From an uncultured Bacteroidales bacterium (GTDB lineage: Bacteria > Bacteroidota > Bacteroidia > Bacteroidales > FEN-979): a stretch of 64,000 bases of DNA. The stretch covers positions 4,173-68,172 of the forward strand of contig CAIMWF010000072.1 of assembly GCA_903845055.1 (NCBI GenBank), given 5' to 3'. The first letter of the stretch is position 1. Every line of letters begins with the position of its first letter. Both the position numbers and the translations under genes were made by a program. Of this stretch, positions 44,474-53,592 are shown piece after piece. The notes below the pieces were generated by a model that was not told the DNA's origin, made no database searches, and was given only the letters and a program-made list of their open reading frames with translations.

Positions 44474-45727
44474 TTAGAATTTATCGGCAAAATCAGGAAT
44501 CCTGCCCAGGGTGTATTTGCCTTCATCCAGCTTTTTCCTTACATCCGAAAAAGCGTCAATTGTAATGGCAACATCTTCAAGGGTATGGGCAGCGGTAGGG
44601 ATCAGGCGCAGCATGATGATCCCTTTCGGCACAACCGGGTAGATCACCATGGAACAGAAAATGCCGTAATTCTCGCGCAGGTCGGCAATGATCTGGGTGG
44701 CTTCAATTGCGCCGCCCTGAAGAAAAACCGGTGTGACCGGCGATTGAGTCTTACCGATATTGAATCCCTTCTCGCGCAGACCTGTTTGCAGGGCCTTCAC
44801 GATGACCCAGAGCTTCTCACGCAATTCGGGATGGGTCCGGATAAGGTCGAGACGCTTCAGCGAGCCGATCACCATGGGCATCGGCAGGGATTTGGCAAAA
44901 ATCTGCGACCGCATATTGAAGGTAAGTGCCTTGATGATCCGCTTCTCGCTGGCGACAAACGCCCCGATCCCAGCCATCGCTTTGGCAAAGGTTCCAAAAT
45001 AGATATCCACACCATCCATGACCTGCTGTTCCTGGCTTGTGCCTGCGCCGGTGGAGCCCATGGTCCCGAATCCGTGCGCATCATCGACCAGAAGACGGAA
45101 GCCGTATTTATCCTTGAATTGCAGGATCCCTTTGAGATTCCCAAGATCGCCCGGCATGCCGAAAACGCCCTCGGTGATCACCAGGATTCCGCCGCCGGTC
45201 TCATCCGCAACTTTCCTGGCATGTTTTATCTGGCTTTCAAAACGGTCGAGATCATTGTGCGGAAAAACAAAACGTTTGCCGATGTGCAGCCTCAGTCCGT
45301 CGAGAATGCAGGCGTGCGACTCGGAATCGTACACCACCACGTCGTGCCTGTCGAGCAGGGAGTCGATGATGGAAACCATTCCCATATAACCGAAATTCAG
45401 CAGATAAGCGGCCTCCTTGTTCTCAAAGGCTGCCAGTTCCTGTTCGAGCTGCTGGTGGTATTTACTTTGCCCCGACATCATCCGGGCGCCCATCGGTGCA
45501 GCCAGCCCGAACTCCTCAGAGGCTTCGGTATCAATCTTCCTGACCTCGGGGTGGTTGGCCAATCCAAGATAATTGTTCAGACTCCACACCAGGACTGGCT
45601 TTCCCCTGAAATACATGCGGTTAGAAATTGCACCCTCCAGTTTCGGAAAGTAAAAATACCCAAATCCCTGATCTGCAAACTGGCCAAGCGGGCCCATGTT
45701 GTTTGATACCTTTTCGAAAAGATCCAC
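44474..45727 (-). CDS. Alpha-oxoamine synthase family PLP enzyme (BioF/KBL/serine-palmitoyltransferase-like)
   Basis: 'LVDDAHGFG' and 'YFGTFAKAMAGIGAF' (PLP-lysine) are present. 417 aa. The GTG start gives the 'VDLFEK...' N-terminus. Confidence 0.85.
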   Translation of the reverse strand: MDLFEKVSNNMGPLGQFADQGFGYFYFPKLEGAISNRMYFRGKPVLVWSLNNYLGLANHPEVRKIDTEASEEFGLAAPMGARMMSGQSKYHQQLEQELAAFENKEAAYLLNFGYMGMVSIIDSLLDRHDVVVYDSESHACILDGLRLHIGKRFVFPHNDLDRFESQIKHARKVADETGGGILVITEGVFGMPGDLGNLKGILQFKDKYGFRLLVDDAHGFGTMGSTGAGTSQEQQVMDGVDIYFGTFAKAMAGIGAFVASEKRIIKALTFNMRSQIFAKSLPMPMVIGSLKRLDLIRTHPELREKLWVIVKALQTGLREKGFNIGKTQSPVTPVFLQGGAIEATQIIADLRENYGIFCSMVIYPVVPKGIIMLRLIPTAAHTLEDVAITIDAFSDVRKKLDEGKYTLGRIPDFADKF

Positions 45728-45774
45728 GGTTTAATGAATTTTAGTGAGACGATTTTTTAGCCATTTTCCGGCTG

Positions 45775-45782
45775 CAAAAGTA
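45775..45782 (-). promoter_or_regulatory. Candidate -7 promoter box for the alpha-oxoamine synthase operon
   Basis: The minus strand reads TACTTTTG, 48 nt upstream of the GTG at 45727. Confidence 0.5.
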
Positions 45783-45856
45783 CCAAAAAAGAAATACTTT
45801 TTCACAGATGAAACCGTTAGTCATTCCTAACATTATGATATTTCCATCAAAAGTTG

Positions 45857-45864
45857 TAATTTTG
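45857..45864 (+). promoter_or_regulatory. Candidate -7 promoter box for bamD
   Basis: TAATTTTG, only 9 nt upstream of the ATG, so the transcript would be near-leaderless. Confidence 0.5.
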
Positions 45865-45872
45865 CAGCCATT

Positions 45873-46688
45873 ATGAAGCACCGGGTTCTCTTTGCAGTCG
45901 TTTTAAGTTTCCTATTCTCATTCACATCCTGTACCTTTCAGAAGATCGTGAAATCCGGTACCGTCGATGAAAAGTATGATGCTGCCATCAAACTTTACAC
46001 CCAGAAGGACTATTCGAGGGCCCTGCAGCTTTTCGACCAGCTGATCGGGGCGATGAGGGCCACGGATAAATCACAGAAGATTTATTATTATTATTCCTAC
46101 TGTTATTACAACATGCGTGACTATACGCTGGCCTCATACTATTTCAAACGATATACAACCAACTTCCCCAATACCCCCGAAGCGGAGGAGTGCATGTACA
46201 TGAGCGCCTATTGCAATTACATGAATTCCCCTGAATACAGCCTCGACCAGACGACAACCTATGATGCGCTGAAAGACCTGCAGTTGTTTACAAACACCTA
46301 CCCGGCGAGCAAGCGGGTTTCGGAATGCAACGACCTGATGGACAAACTTCGGATGAAGCTGGAAATGAAAGATTACAAGCTGGGCAAAATGTACTACAGG
46401 ATGGACGATTATGCTGCATCAATCAAGGTCTTCTCCAATATCCTGAAAGAATACCCGGATTCACCGCACCGCGAGGAAGTTCTTTTCCTGGTCGTAAAAT
46501 CTTATTACAGGTATGCAAAGGAGAGCATCGAGGAGCGGCAGAAGGACAGGCATTCCGGCGTGGTTCTTGCATACAATGAACTGGTTTCCCAATATCCCAA
46601 CAGCAAGTATGCCCGTGAAGCGGCTGAGTTGAAAGAACTTTCAAAGAACGAAATTGACGCGATGGGACACAAGTATTTAAGGAAGTAA
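45873..46688 (+). CDS. bamD: Outer membrane protein assembly factor BamD (TPR lipoprotein)
   Basis: Lipobox 'FSFTSC' and TPR-like repeats. The conserved position upstream of rpoZ-coaBC supports the call. Confidence 0.8.
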   Translation: MKHRVLFAVVLSFLFSFTSCTFQKIVKSGTVDEKYDAAIKLYTQKDYSRALQLFDQLIGAMRATDKSQKIYYYYSYCYYNMRDYTLASYYFKRYTTNFPNTPEAEECMYMSAYCNYMNSPEYSLDQTTTYDALKDLQLFTNTYPASKRVSECNDLMDKLRMKLEMKDYKLGKMYYRMDDYAASIKVFSNILKEYPDSPHREEVLFLVVKSYYRYAKESIEERQKDRHSGVVLAYNELVSQYPNSKYAREAAELKELSKNEIDAMGHKYLRK

Positions 46689-46726
46689 TCTGTCAGAAAA
46701 TTCACAATTTCAAATAATAGTTCACT

Positions 46727-47062
46727 ATGGATTATAAAAAGGTAAAAACGGATGTTTACGCGGTTACCCGTAATATAGAGGATTTTACAGCAGGAACGAA
46801 CAATATGTATGAAACCGTTTCTGTCATTTCAAAACGGGCAAACCAGATCGGGCTGGAAATTAAGGAAGAACTCAATCACAAACTAGCAGAATTTGCCACC
46901 ACCACCGATAACCTGGAGGAGGTTTTCGAGAACCGCGAACAGATCGAAATCGCCAAGTATTACGAACACCTGCCAAAACCAACCCTTATTGCCATCCATG
47001 AATACCTCAACAACGAGGTTTATTTCCGCAATCCGCATAAGGAAAGACCAGAGGATTTCTAA
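46727..47062 (+). CDS. rpoZ: DNA-directed RNA polymerase subunit omega
   Basis: 111 aa. 'NMYETVSVISKRANQIG' is the omega core motif. Synteny with bamD and coaBC supports it. Confidence 0.75.
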   Translation: MDYKKVKTDVYAVTRNIEDFTAGTNNMYETVSVISKRANQIGLEIKEELNHKLAEFATTTDNLEEVFENREQIEIAKYYEHLPKPTLIAIHEYLNNEVYFRNPHKERPEDF

Positions 47063-47079
47063 TCCCAACCTTCTTCCGG

Positions 47080-48282
47080 ATGCTGAAAGGAAAAAAGATC
47101 GTTGTCGGGATAACCGGTAGCATTGCCGCATACAAAATCCCCCTCCTGGTCAGATTGCTGATCAGGGCAGGGGCGGAGGTGCGTGTGATCATGACCCCGG
47201 TTGCAACTGATTTTGTCACCCCGCTGACCCTTTCCACGCTGTCACAGCATCCCGTGATCATAGATCCTTTCAAGGAAACTTCGGGCGAATGGAACAACCA
47301 CGTGGAACTCGGCTCCTGGGCCGACCTGATGATGTTTGCGCCGGTTACCGCCAACACCCTCGGAAAAATGGTAAACGGGATCGCCGATAATTTTGTGATC
47401 ACAGCCTACCTGTCGGCAAAATGCCCGGTGTTTATCGCCCCCGCCATGGATCTCGACATGTATGGTCACCCTTCGACACAACGCAACATCAGCACCCTGA
47501 AATCTTTCGGTAACCATATCATTGAACCACAGGTCGGCGAACTTGCCAGCGGCCTGACCGGTCCCGGGAGAATGGAAGAACCCGAAGAGATGCTCAAAGC
47601 CATCACCGGTTTTTTCTCAGCGCAGCAAAGCCTTCTTAAAAAAAAAGTCCTGATCACCGCGGGTCCGACACACGAAAGGATTGATCCAGTGCGATTTATA
47701 GGAAATTATTCCACTGGAAAAATGGGAATGTCGCTGGCAATTTGTGCGGCTGAAAGAGGTGCCGAAGTAACGCTCATTACAGGTCCTGTCAGCCTTGACG
47801 CCTGTCATCCGGGCATCAGGAGGATCGGGGTTGTTTCGGCCGGAGAGATGTACACTGCCTGTATGGCTGAAGCCCCACAGGCCGATATCGTCATCATGGC
47901 TGCTGCTGTAGCCGATTATTCCGTTTCATCAACCTCACCTGTCAAGTTAAAAAAGAGTGCCGGCGGTATCACCCTCAACCTGGTTCCGACAAAAGACATT
48001 CTTTCGGAGATTGGCAGGCATAAAACCGGCGCGCAGATCGTGGTTGGCTTTGCCCTTGAAACTGACAATGAAATGGAAAATGCGGTGAAAAAACTGAAAA
48101 GTAAAAACCTTGATTACATTGTTCTCAACTCTTTGCAGGACAGCGGGGCAGGTTTCGGCGGCGATACGAATAAAATCACTATCTTCGATGCATCGGGCAT
48201 CGTGCTGGGCGGTACCTTAAAGTCAAAGGACGAGGTGGCCGGGGATATCCTTGATGTAATCTGTAATCACAGACCTATCTAA
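47080..48282 (+). CDS. coaBC: Bifunctional phosphopantothenoylcysteine decarboxylase / phosphopantothenate-cysteine ligase
   Basis: 'KKIVVGITGSIAAYK' is the flavoprotein domain, with 'APAMDLDMY' also present. The C-terminal half carries 'ITAGPTHERIDPVRFIGNYSTGKMG'. Confidence 0.92.
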   Translation: MLKGKKIVVGITGSIAAYKIPLLVRLLIRAGAEVRVIMTPVATDFVTPLTLSTLSQHPVIIDPFKETSGEWNNHVELGSWADLMMFAPVTANTLGKMVNGIADNFVITAYLSAKCPVFIAPAMDLDMYGHPSTQRNISTLKSFGNHIIEPQVGELASGLTGPGRMEEPEEMLKAITGFFSAQQSLLKKKVLITAGPTHERIDPVRFIGNYSTGKMGMSLAICAAERGAEVTLITGPVSLDACHPGIRRIGVVSAGEMYTACMAEAPQADIVIMAAAVADYSVSSTSPVKLKKSAGGITLNLVPTKDILSEIGRHKTGAQIVVGFALETDNEMENAVKKLKSKNLDYIVLNSLQDSGAGFGGDTNKITIFDASGIVLGGTLKSKDEVAGDILDVICNHRPI

Positions 48283-48284
48283 CC

Positions 48285-49199
48285 ATGGCAAACATTAAAA
48301 TATTCATGCTGGCCCTCTTCAGTGCGGCAGCCTTCTCAGGCCTCCGGGCACAGGAGCTGAACTGTATGGTTTCAATCAATACGCCAAAGGTTGAAGGAAC
48401 CGAGCGCAAGGTTTATGAAACCATGCAGAATGCAATCTATGAGTTCATGAACAACCGCAAATGGTCGATTTACAATGTGAAAGAGGCGGAGCGTATTGAA
48501 TGTACGATCCTGATCACCATCAATGACAGGATCGGCACCGATGAATTCAGGGGAACCCTGAATGTTGTCGTCAGAAGACCTGTTTTGAATTCAGCCTACA
48601 ATTCAGTTCTTCTGAACTCCATTGATAAGAATTTCCAGATCAGGTATGTTGAGTTCCAGCCGCTTGATTATTCCGATGGCACATTTACATCCAACCTGAC
48701 TTCGATGCTTGCATTTTATTCCTACACCATCCTGGGGTTTTATTTTGACTCTTTTTCGCCGTCAGGTGGAACACCCTTTTTTGAAAAGGCCCAGGAAGTT
48801 GTCAATGTCGCCCAGAACACCTCTGAACCCGGCTGGAAGGCCTTTGAAAGTGAAAAGAACCGGTGGTGGCTTGTGAACAATTACATGAATGCGGCCAACT
48901 CCGGGCTGAGAGATTTCGCATTCAAATACCACCGTCTCGGGCTCGACCAGATGTATGAAAAGGTTGACCAGGGAAGAAGCAGCATCAATGAGAGTATTGA
49001 GCTCCTCCAGGGCATTTACAATGCCAAGCCGGGGCTTTATGCCCTCCAGCTTATTTTTGACGCAAAACGCGATGAAATCATCAATATTTTCAGTGATCAA
49101 CGGGTTGCCCCGATGGAAAAAACCAACGTCGTCAACATTCTCAAAGAAATCGATCCCGGGAGCAGCTCCAAATACCAGGCCATCCTCGACGCAAAGTAA
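48285..49199 (+). CDS. porD: DUF4835 family protein (annotated PorD in T9SS-bearing Bacteroidota)
   Basis: Signal peptide followed by 'AQELNCMVSINTPKVEGTERKVYETMQNAIYEFMNNRKW', the typical DUF4835 N-terminus. Conserved position between coaBC and recN. Confidence 0.7.
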   Translation: MANIKIFMLALFSAAAFSGLRAQELNCMVSINTPKVEGTERKVYETMQNAIYEFMNNRKWSIYNVKEAERIECTILITINDRIGTDEFRGTLNVVVRRPVLNSAYNSVLLNSIDKNFQIRYVEFQPLDYSDGTFTSNLTSMLAFYSYTILGFYFDSFSPSGGTPFFEKAQEVVNVAQNTSEPGWKAFESEKNRWWLVNNYMNAANSGLRDFAFKYHRLGLDQMYEKVDQGRSSINESIELLQGIYNAKPGLYALQLIFDAKRDEIINIFSDQRVAPMEKTNVVNILKEIDPGSSSKYQAILDAK

Positions 49200-49240
49200 C
49201 AGACCGCCGGCTATACCAGTTTTCATTTAAATGGTTACCG

Positions 49241-50896
49241 ATGCTCATTAAATTATCGATTAAGAATTATATCCTTATTCATGAGCTTGAGATTGATTTC
49301 TCAGGAGGATTCTCTGTCATCACCGGTGAAACAGGTGCTGGAAAATCGATCCTCCTGGGGGCGCTCGGGCTGATCCTGGGCCAGCGTGCTGATGCCGGGA
49401 TCCTGCTCGACAAATCACAGAAATGTGTGGTTGAAGGATTGTTTAAGATAAAGGAATACAACCTTGCCAGCCTGTTTGCCCTCCATGAACTTGATTATGA
49501 TGATTTTGTCATCCTCAGGAGGGAGATCAACCAGGGTGGAAAATCGCGCGCATTCATCAACGATACCCCGGTAAACCTCGCCTTGCTGAAAGATATTGGC
49601 GACCGGCTGGTCAATATTCACTCCCAAAACTCGATAACCACCCTCAATGATTCCAACTTCCAGCTCGCGGTCATCGACAGTTATGCAGGGATGACAGCCC
49701 TTGTAAATGACTACCGCGTTGATTATGCCCGTTTAACGGGGATAAAAAACCAGCTTGACATTCTCCGGCAATCGGAGGCAAAAGCAGCCGCAGAGCGGGA
49801 TTATCACCAGTTCCTGCTCGATGAACTCGACAATGCGAACCTCAAACCGGGTGAATTTCAGGAGCTTGAAGACCAGCTGACCATGCTGACTCACGCGGGA
49901 GAGATAAAAAGCAACCTGTTTCATGCCTGCCAGGTGATCTCCGGCAGCGAGGGAAACATTCTTGAACTTCTTACCGGTGCAATCCATAGCATCAAGTCCG
50001 TTGAGAGGTACCGGAACGACTTTAAAGTTTTAGTTGAAAGATTAAACAGCAATTATATCGATATCAAAGATCTGGCCACTGATATTTCTGATATTGAGGA
50101 GCAGGTTTTTATCGATCCTGTTTCTCTTGACCTTGTGACCCAGCGGCTCGACCACCTGAATCGCCTGATGAAAAAGCACCAGGTTTCAACGGTTGAAGCC
50201 CTTATCGAAATCCGGGAGCGGATCGGGGAGACCATCAACAAAGCAGTGGATATGGAAAACCAGATCAACAGGCTTGAAAGTGATTGGTCAAAGCTTGAGA
50301 AAACCCTGCAGGTTAAGGCAGGAACAATTTCAGCCGGGAGGAGAAAGGTTTTCCCGAAATTTGAAAAGGAAATAACGGGGCTCCTTTCACAGCTTGGTAT
50401 ATCCATGGCGCGGTTTAGCATAGAATGCACCGCAACGGGTGGACTTACGCGTGAAGGGACCGACAAGGTGCGCTTTTTATTCAGCGCGAACAGGGGGATC
50501 GAGGTCAGGGAACTCTCGCATGCCGCTTCGGGCGGGGAGCAATCAAGACTCATGCTCAGCATCAAATCGATGATCAGCCAGAAGAACCTGCTTCCAACCA
50601 TCGTGTTTGACGAAATCGACAATGGCGTTTCGGGGGAGGTTGCCGGCAAGGTCGGATCCATCCTCAAGCACATGGGGAACAAAATGCAGGTGATCGCCAT
50701 CACTCATTTGCCCCAGATCGCCGGCAAGGGCGAACATCATTTCCTGGTTTATAAAACAGAACACAAACAGGGCACCACAACCTATATCAAACAATTATCT
50801 GAAAAAGAGCGTGTTGTGGAAATTGCAAAAATGCTCAGCAACGACATCATTACCGATTCGGCAGTACAGACAGCCAATGAGTTGCTGAACCATTGA
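49241..50896 (+). CDS. recN: DNA repair protein RecN
   Basis: Walker A 'GETGAGKSIL', a long coiled-coil middle, signature 'ASGGEQSRLML' and Walker B 'IVFDEID'. Confidence 0.92.
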   Translation: MLIKLSIKNYILIHELEIDFSGGFSVITGETGAGKSILLGALGLILGQRADAGILLDKSQKCVVEGLFKIKEYNLASLFALHELDYDDFVILRREINQGGKSRAFINDTPVNLALLKDIGDRLVNIHSQNSITTLNDSNFQLAVIDSYAGMTALVNDYRVDYARLTGIKNQLDILRQSEAKAAAERDYHQFLLDELDNANLKPGEFQELEDQLTMLTHAGEIKSNLFHACQVISGSEGNILELLTGAIHSIKSVERYRNDFKVLVERLNSNYIDIKDLATDISDIEEQVFIDPVSLDLVTQRLDHLNRLMKKHQVSTVEALIEIRERIGETINKAVDMENQINRLESDWSKLEKTLQVKAGTISAGRRKVFPKFEKEITGLLSQLGISMARFSIECTATGGLTREGTDKVRFLFSANRGIEVRELSHAASGGEQSRLMLSIKSMISQKNLLPTIVFDEIDNGVSGEVAGKVGSILKHMGNKMQVIAITHLPQIAGKGEHHFLVYKTEHKQGTTTYIKQLSEKERVVEIAKMLSNDIITDSAVQTANELLNH

Positions 50897-50932
50897 AAAA
50901 ATCATCATTTATTAACCAACGACAAATTCAGA

Positions 50933-51772
50933 ATGACATATAACTTACTAAAAGGAAAAAAGGGAATTATCTTCGGCGCACTGGACAACAAGTCCATTGC
51001 ATGGAAAATTGCTTCAAGGGCTCATGAGGAGGGGGCTGTATTTACCCTCTCCAACACCCCTGTTGCGCTCCGTTTCGGTGAGATCAGCCAGCTTTCGGAA
51101 CAATGCAACGCCGAAGTCATTCCCGCCGACGCCACCAGTGTGAAAGACCTGGAATATGTATTTAACCGCTCCATGGAGATCATGGGCGGCAAGGTTGATT
51201 TTGTACTTCATTCGATCGGCATGTCCATGAATGTCAGGAAACAGCGTGATTACGACGACCTTGACTATGACTATTTCCTGAAAACGATCGACATCTCCGC
51301 CCTCTCGTTTCATAAAATGCTTCAGGTTGCCAAAAAACTTGATGCAATCAGTGAATGGGGTTCCGTACTCGCCCTTTCCTACATTGCTGCCCAGCGAACA
51401 CTGGTAGGGTATAACGATATGGCCGATGCCAAAGCCATCCTGGAATCGATCGCCAGGAGTTTCGGTTATATCTACGGCCGGGAAAAGCACATCCGGATCA
51501 ACACCATTTCCCAGTCTCCGACCCGGACAACGGCAGGCAACGGAATCAAGGGCATCGACGGGCTCCTTGATTTTACAGAACGCATGTCACCGCTCGGCAA
51601 TGCGACCGCCGACGAATGCGCCGACTTTTCCATCGTACTCTTTTCAGACCTTTCGAAAAAAGTCACCATGCAAAATATATTCCACGATGGCGGTTTCTCA
51701 AGTATGGCAATGAGCCAGAAAGCAATGACCCAATACAATAAATGCCTGGAGGAAAACGAGGAGAATTTATAG
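50933..51772 (+). CDS. fabI: Enoyl-[ACP] reductase (NADH), FabI type
   Basis: 'KGKKGIIFGALDNKSIAWKIA' N-terminus and 'LSYIAAQRTLVGYNDMADAKA' carrying the Y-x6-K catalytic pair. Confidence 0.88.
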   Translation: MTYNLLKGKKGIIFGALDNKSIAWKIASRAHEEGAVFTLSNTPVALRFGEISQLSEQCNAEVIPADATSVKDLEYVFNRSMEIMGGKVDFVLHSIGMSMNVRKQRDYDDLDYDYFLKTIDISALSFHKMLQVAKKLDAISEWGSVLALSYIAAQRTLVGYNDMADAKAILESIARSFGYIYGREKHIRINTISQSPTRTTAGNGIKGIDGLLDFTERMSPLGNATADECADFSIVLFSDLSKKVTMQNIFHDGGFSSMAMSQKAMTQYNKCLEENEENL

Positions 51773-51793
51773 GCAATCTTTTCCTCTTTTTTT

Positions 51794-51801
51794 TATCTTT
51801 G
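51794..51801 (+). promoter_or_regulatory. Candidate -7 promoter box for etfB and the downstream cluster
   Basis: TATCTTTG, 38 nt upstream of the ATG. Confidence 0.6.
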
Positions 51802-51838
51802 CACCCCTGATTCTTATTATCTGTTAAACCTGTTTTCA

Positions 51839-52588
51839 ATGAAGATATTAGTTTGCATTAGCCATGTTCCCGATACGACCACCAAGGTCAAATTCGTTGA
51901 CGACCTTAAAAAATTGGATATAACTGGTATACAGTGGGTTATTAATCCATGGGATGAACTTTCCCTCACCAGGGCGCTCGAATTGAAAGACGATCCATCC
52001 AATGACATCCAATCTGTCACGGTCGCACATGTGGGCCTCGCCGGAGCCGAGCCAACCATCCGCAAAGCACTGGCGATCGGAGCCGATGATGCCCTCAGGA
52101 TCAATGCTGAACCCCGCGATGCCTTCTATGTTGCCTCGCAGCTGGCTGAAGCGGTGAAAAACGAGTCGTACGACCTGGTCCTTTGCGGGATTGAGTCGAG
52201 CGATTACAATGGCTCCACGGTTGGAGGAATGCTGGCTGAACTGTTAGGATATCCTTCGGTATCTTCTGTTTCATCTGTAAGAATCGAAAACGGCAGGTTC
52301 CTGATCACGCGGGAAATCGATGGCGGGAAGGAGATCGTGAATGTGGTTGCACCGCTGGTCGCCATCGTACAGAAAGGGATCGCAAAAGAACCCCGCATCG
52401 CAGCCATGCGCGGGATCATGATGGCGCGTACGAAACCGCTGAAAGTCGTGGAGCCGGTTGAAATGGAATCATTTACCGACCTGGTCTCTTTCGAGATGCC
52501 GAAACCAAGGGCCGCATGCAAATTCGTTGATCCTGAAAATCCAGGTCAGCTGATTGATCTTCTGCAGAATGAAGCAAAAATTATCTAA
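51839..52588 (+). CDS. etfB: Electron transfer flavoprotein subunit beta
   Basis: 'MKILVCISHVPDTTTKVKF' and 'INPWDELSLTRALEL' are typical EtfB motifs. Confidence 0.9.
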   Translation: MKILVCISHVPDTTTKVKFVDDLKKLDITGIQWVINPWDELSLTRALELKDDPSNDIQSVTVAHVGLAGAEPTIRKALAIGADDALRINAEPRDAFYVASQLAEAVKNESYDLVLCGIESSDYNGSTVGGMLAELLGYPSVSSVSSVRIENGRFLITREIDGGKEIVNVVAPLVAIVQKGIAKEPRIAAMRGIMMARTKPLKVVEPVEMESFTDLVSFEMPKPRAACKFVDPENPGQLIDLLQNEAKII

Positions 52589-52614
52589 CCTCTTGTTAAC
52601 ACAAAAACCACGAT

Positions 52615-53586
52615 ATGTCAGTTTTAATTTTTGTTGAAAATTGGGATGGGAAATTCAAGAAATTGAGTTTTGAACTTGTTTCCTATGGGGCTAAATTAGC
52701 GGAAATGATGGCTACTGATGCCATTGCGCTTACAATAGGGAAAGTTGAAAACGGTGAATTGGCAAAGCTTGGCAGGTACGGTGCATCGAAGATTCTTGTC
52801 GCAGTCAATGAAGGCATCACAACCTTCGACAGCATGAACTTCACCACTGTTATCGCGGGGATTGCCGTCCAGGAAGATGCAAAGGTGCTCGTTCTTTCAA
52901 ATAATAATACCGGGAAGGCACTGGCACCCAGGTTATCGGTACGGCTAAAGGCCGGACTTGGTTCCGGTGTAAACAGGCTGCCTGCCAGCCTCGACCCCTT
53001 CATGGTTTACAAAAAGGTTTATTCGGGTAATGCCTACGCCAACATACACATCAAAACCGATGTCAAAATCCTGACACTCTCACAGAATTCTTTCGAATTG
53101 TCGGAATCGGGAAACAATTCTACTGTGGCGGAAGTAGCGGTTGAATGGGACAACGCCGGTGTTAAAACAAAGGTTGTTGAGGTTCAGAAACAGGAGGGCA
53201 AAATCCTGCTGACAGACGCCGACATCGTGATATCTGGCGGACGCGGGATGAAATCACCCGAAAACTGGGGCCCGATCGTACAACTGGCCGAATTGCTCGG
53301 GGCCGCCACCGCATGTTCTCGTCCGGTCTCCGACGAAGGCTGGAGGCCCCATGAAGAACATACCGGCCAGACCGGGAAGATCATTGCCCCCAACCTCTAT
53401 TTTGCAATTGGGATTTCAGGTGCCACACAGCACCTGGCCGGGGTAAGTTCCTCCAAATTTATTGTTGCGATCAATACTGACAAAGATGCGCCTATTTTCG
53501 CGGCTGCCCAGTACGGAATAATCGGCGATGCCGGCAAGGTATTACCGAAACTGGTTGAGGCCCTTCAGGAACTTAAGGGGAAATAG
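52615..53586 (+). CDS. etfA: Electron transfer flavoprotein subunit alpha
   Basis: The C-terminal FAD-binding region reads 'VISGGRGM...ACSRPVSDEGW...QTGKIIAPNLYFAIGISGATQHLAG'. Confidence 0.9.
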   Translation: MSVLIFVENWDGKFKKLSFELVSYGAKLAEMMATDAIALTIGKVENGELAKLGRYGASKILVAVNEGITTFDSMNFTTVIAGIAVQEDAKVLVLSNNNTGKALAPRLSVRLKAGLGSGVNRLPASLDPFMVYKKVYSGNAYANIHIKTDVKILTLSQNSFELSESGNNSTVAEVAVEWDNAGVKTKVVEVQKQEGKILLTDADIVISGGRGMKSPENWGPIVQLAELLGAATACSRPVSDEGWRPHEEHTGQTGKIIAPNLYFAIGISGATQHLAGVSSSKFIVAINTDKDAPIFAAAQYGIIGDAGKVLPKLVEALQELKGK

Positions 53587-53592
53587 ACTGCC

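Noticed and set aside
47636-47646. An A9 run inside coaBC (codons LLKKKVL) as a possible frameshift-prone site or pseudogene signal.
   Set aside because: The reading frame is intact on both sides, with conserved CoaB motifs downstream. It simply encodes Lys-Lys-Lys in the interdomain linker.
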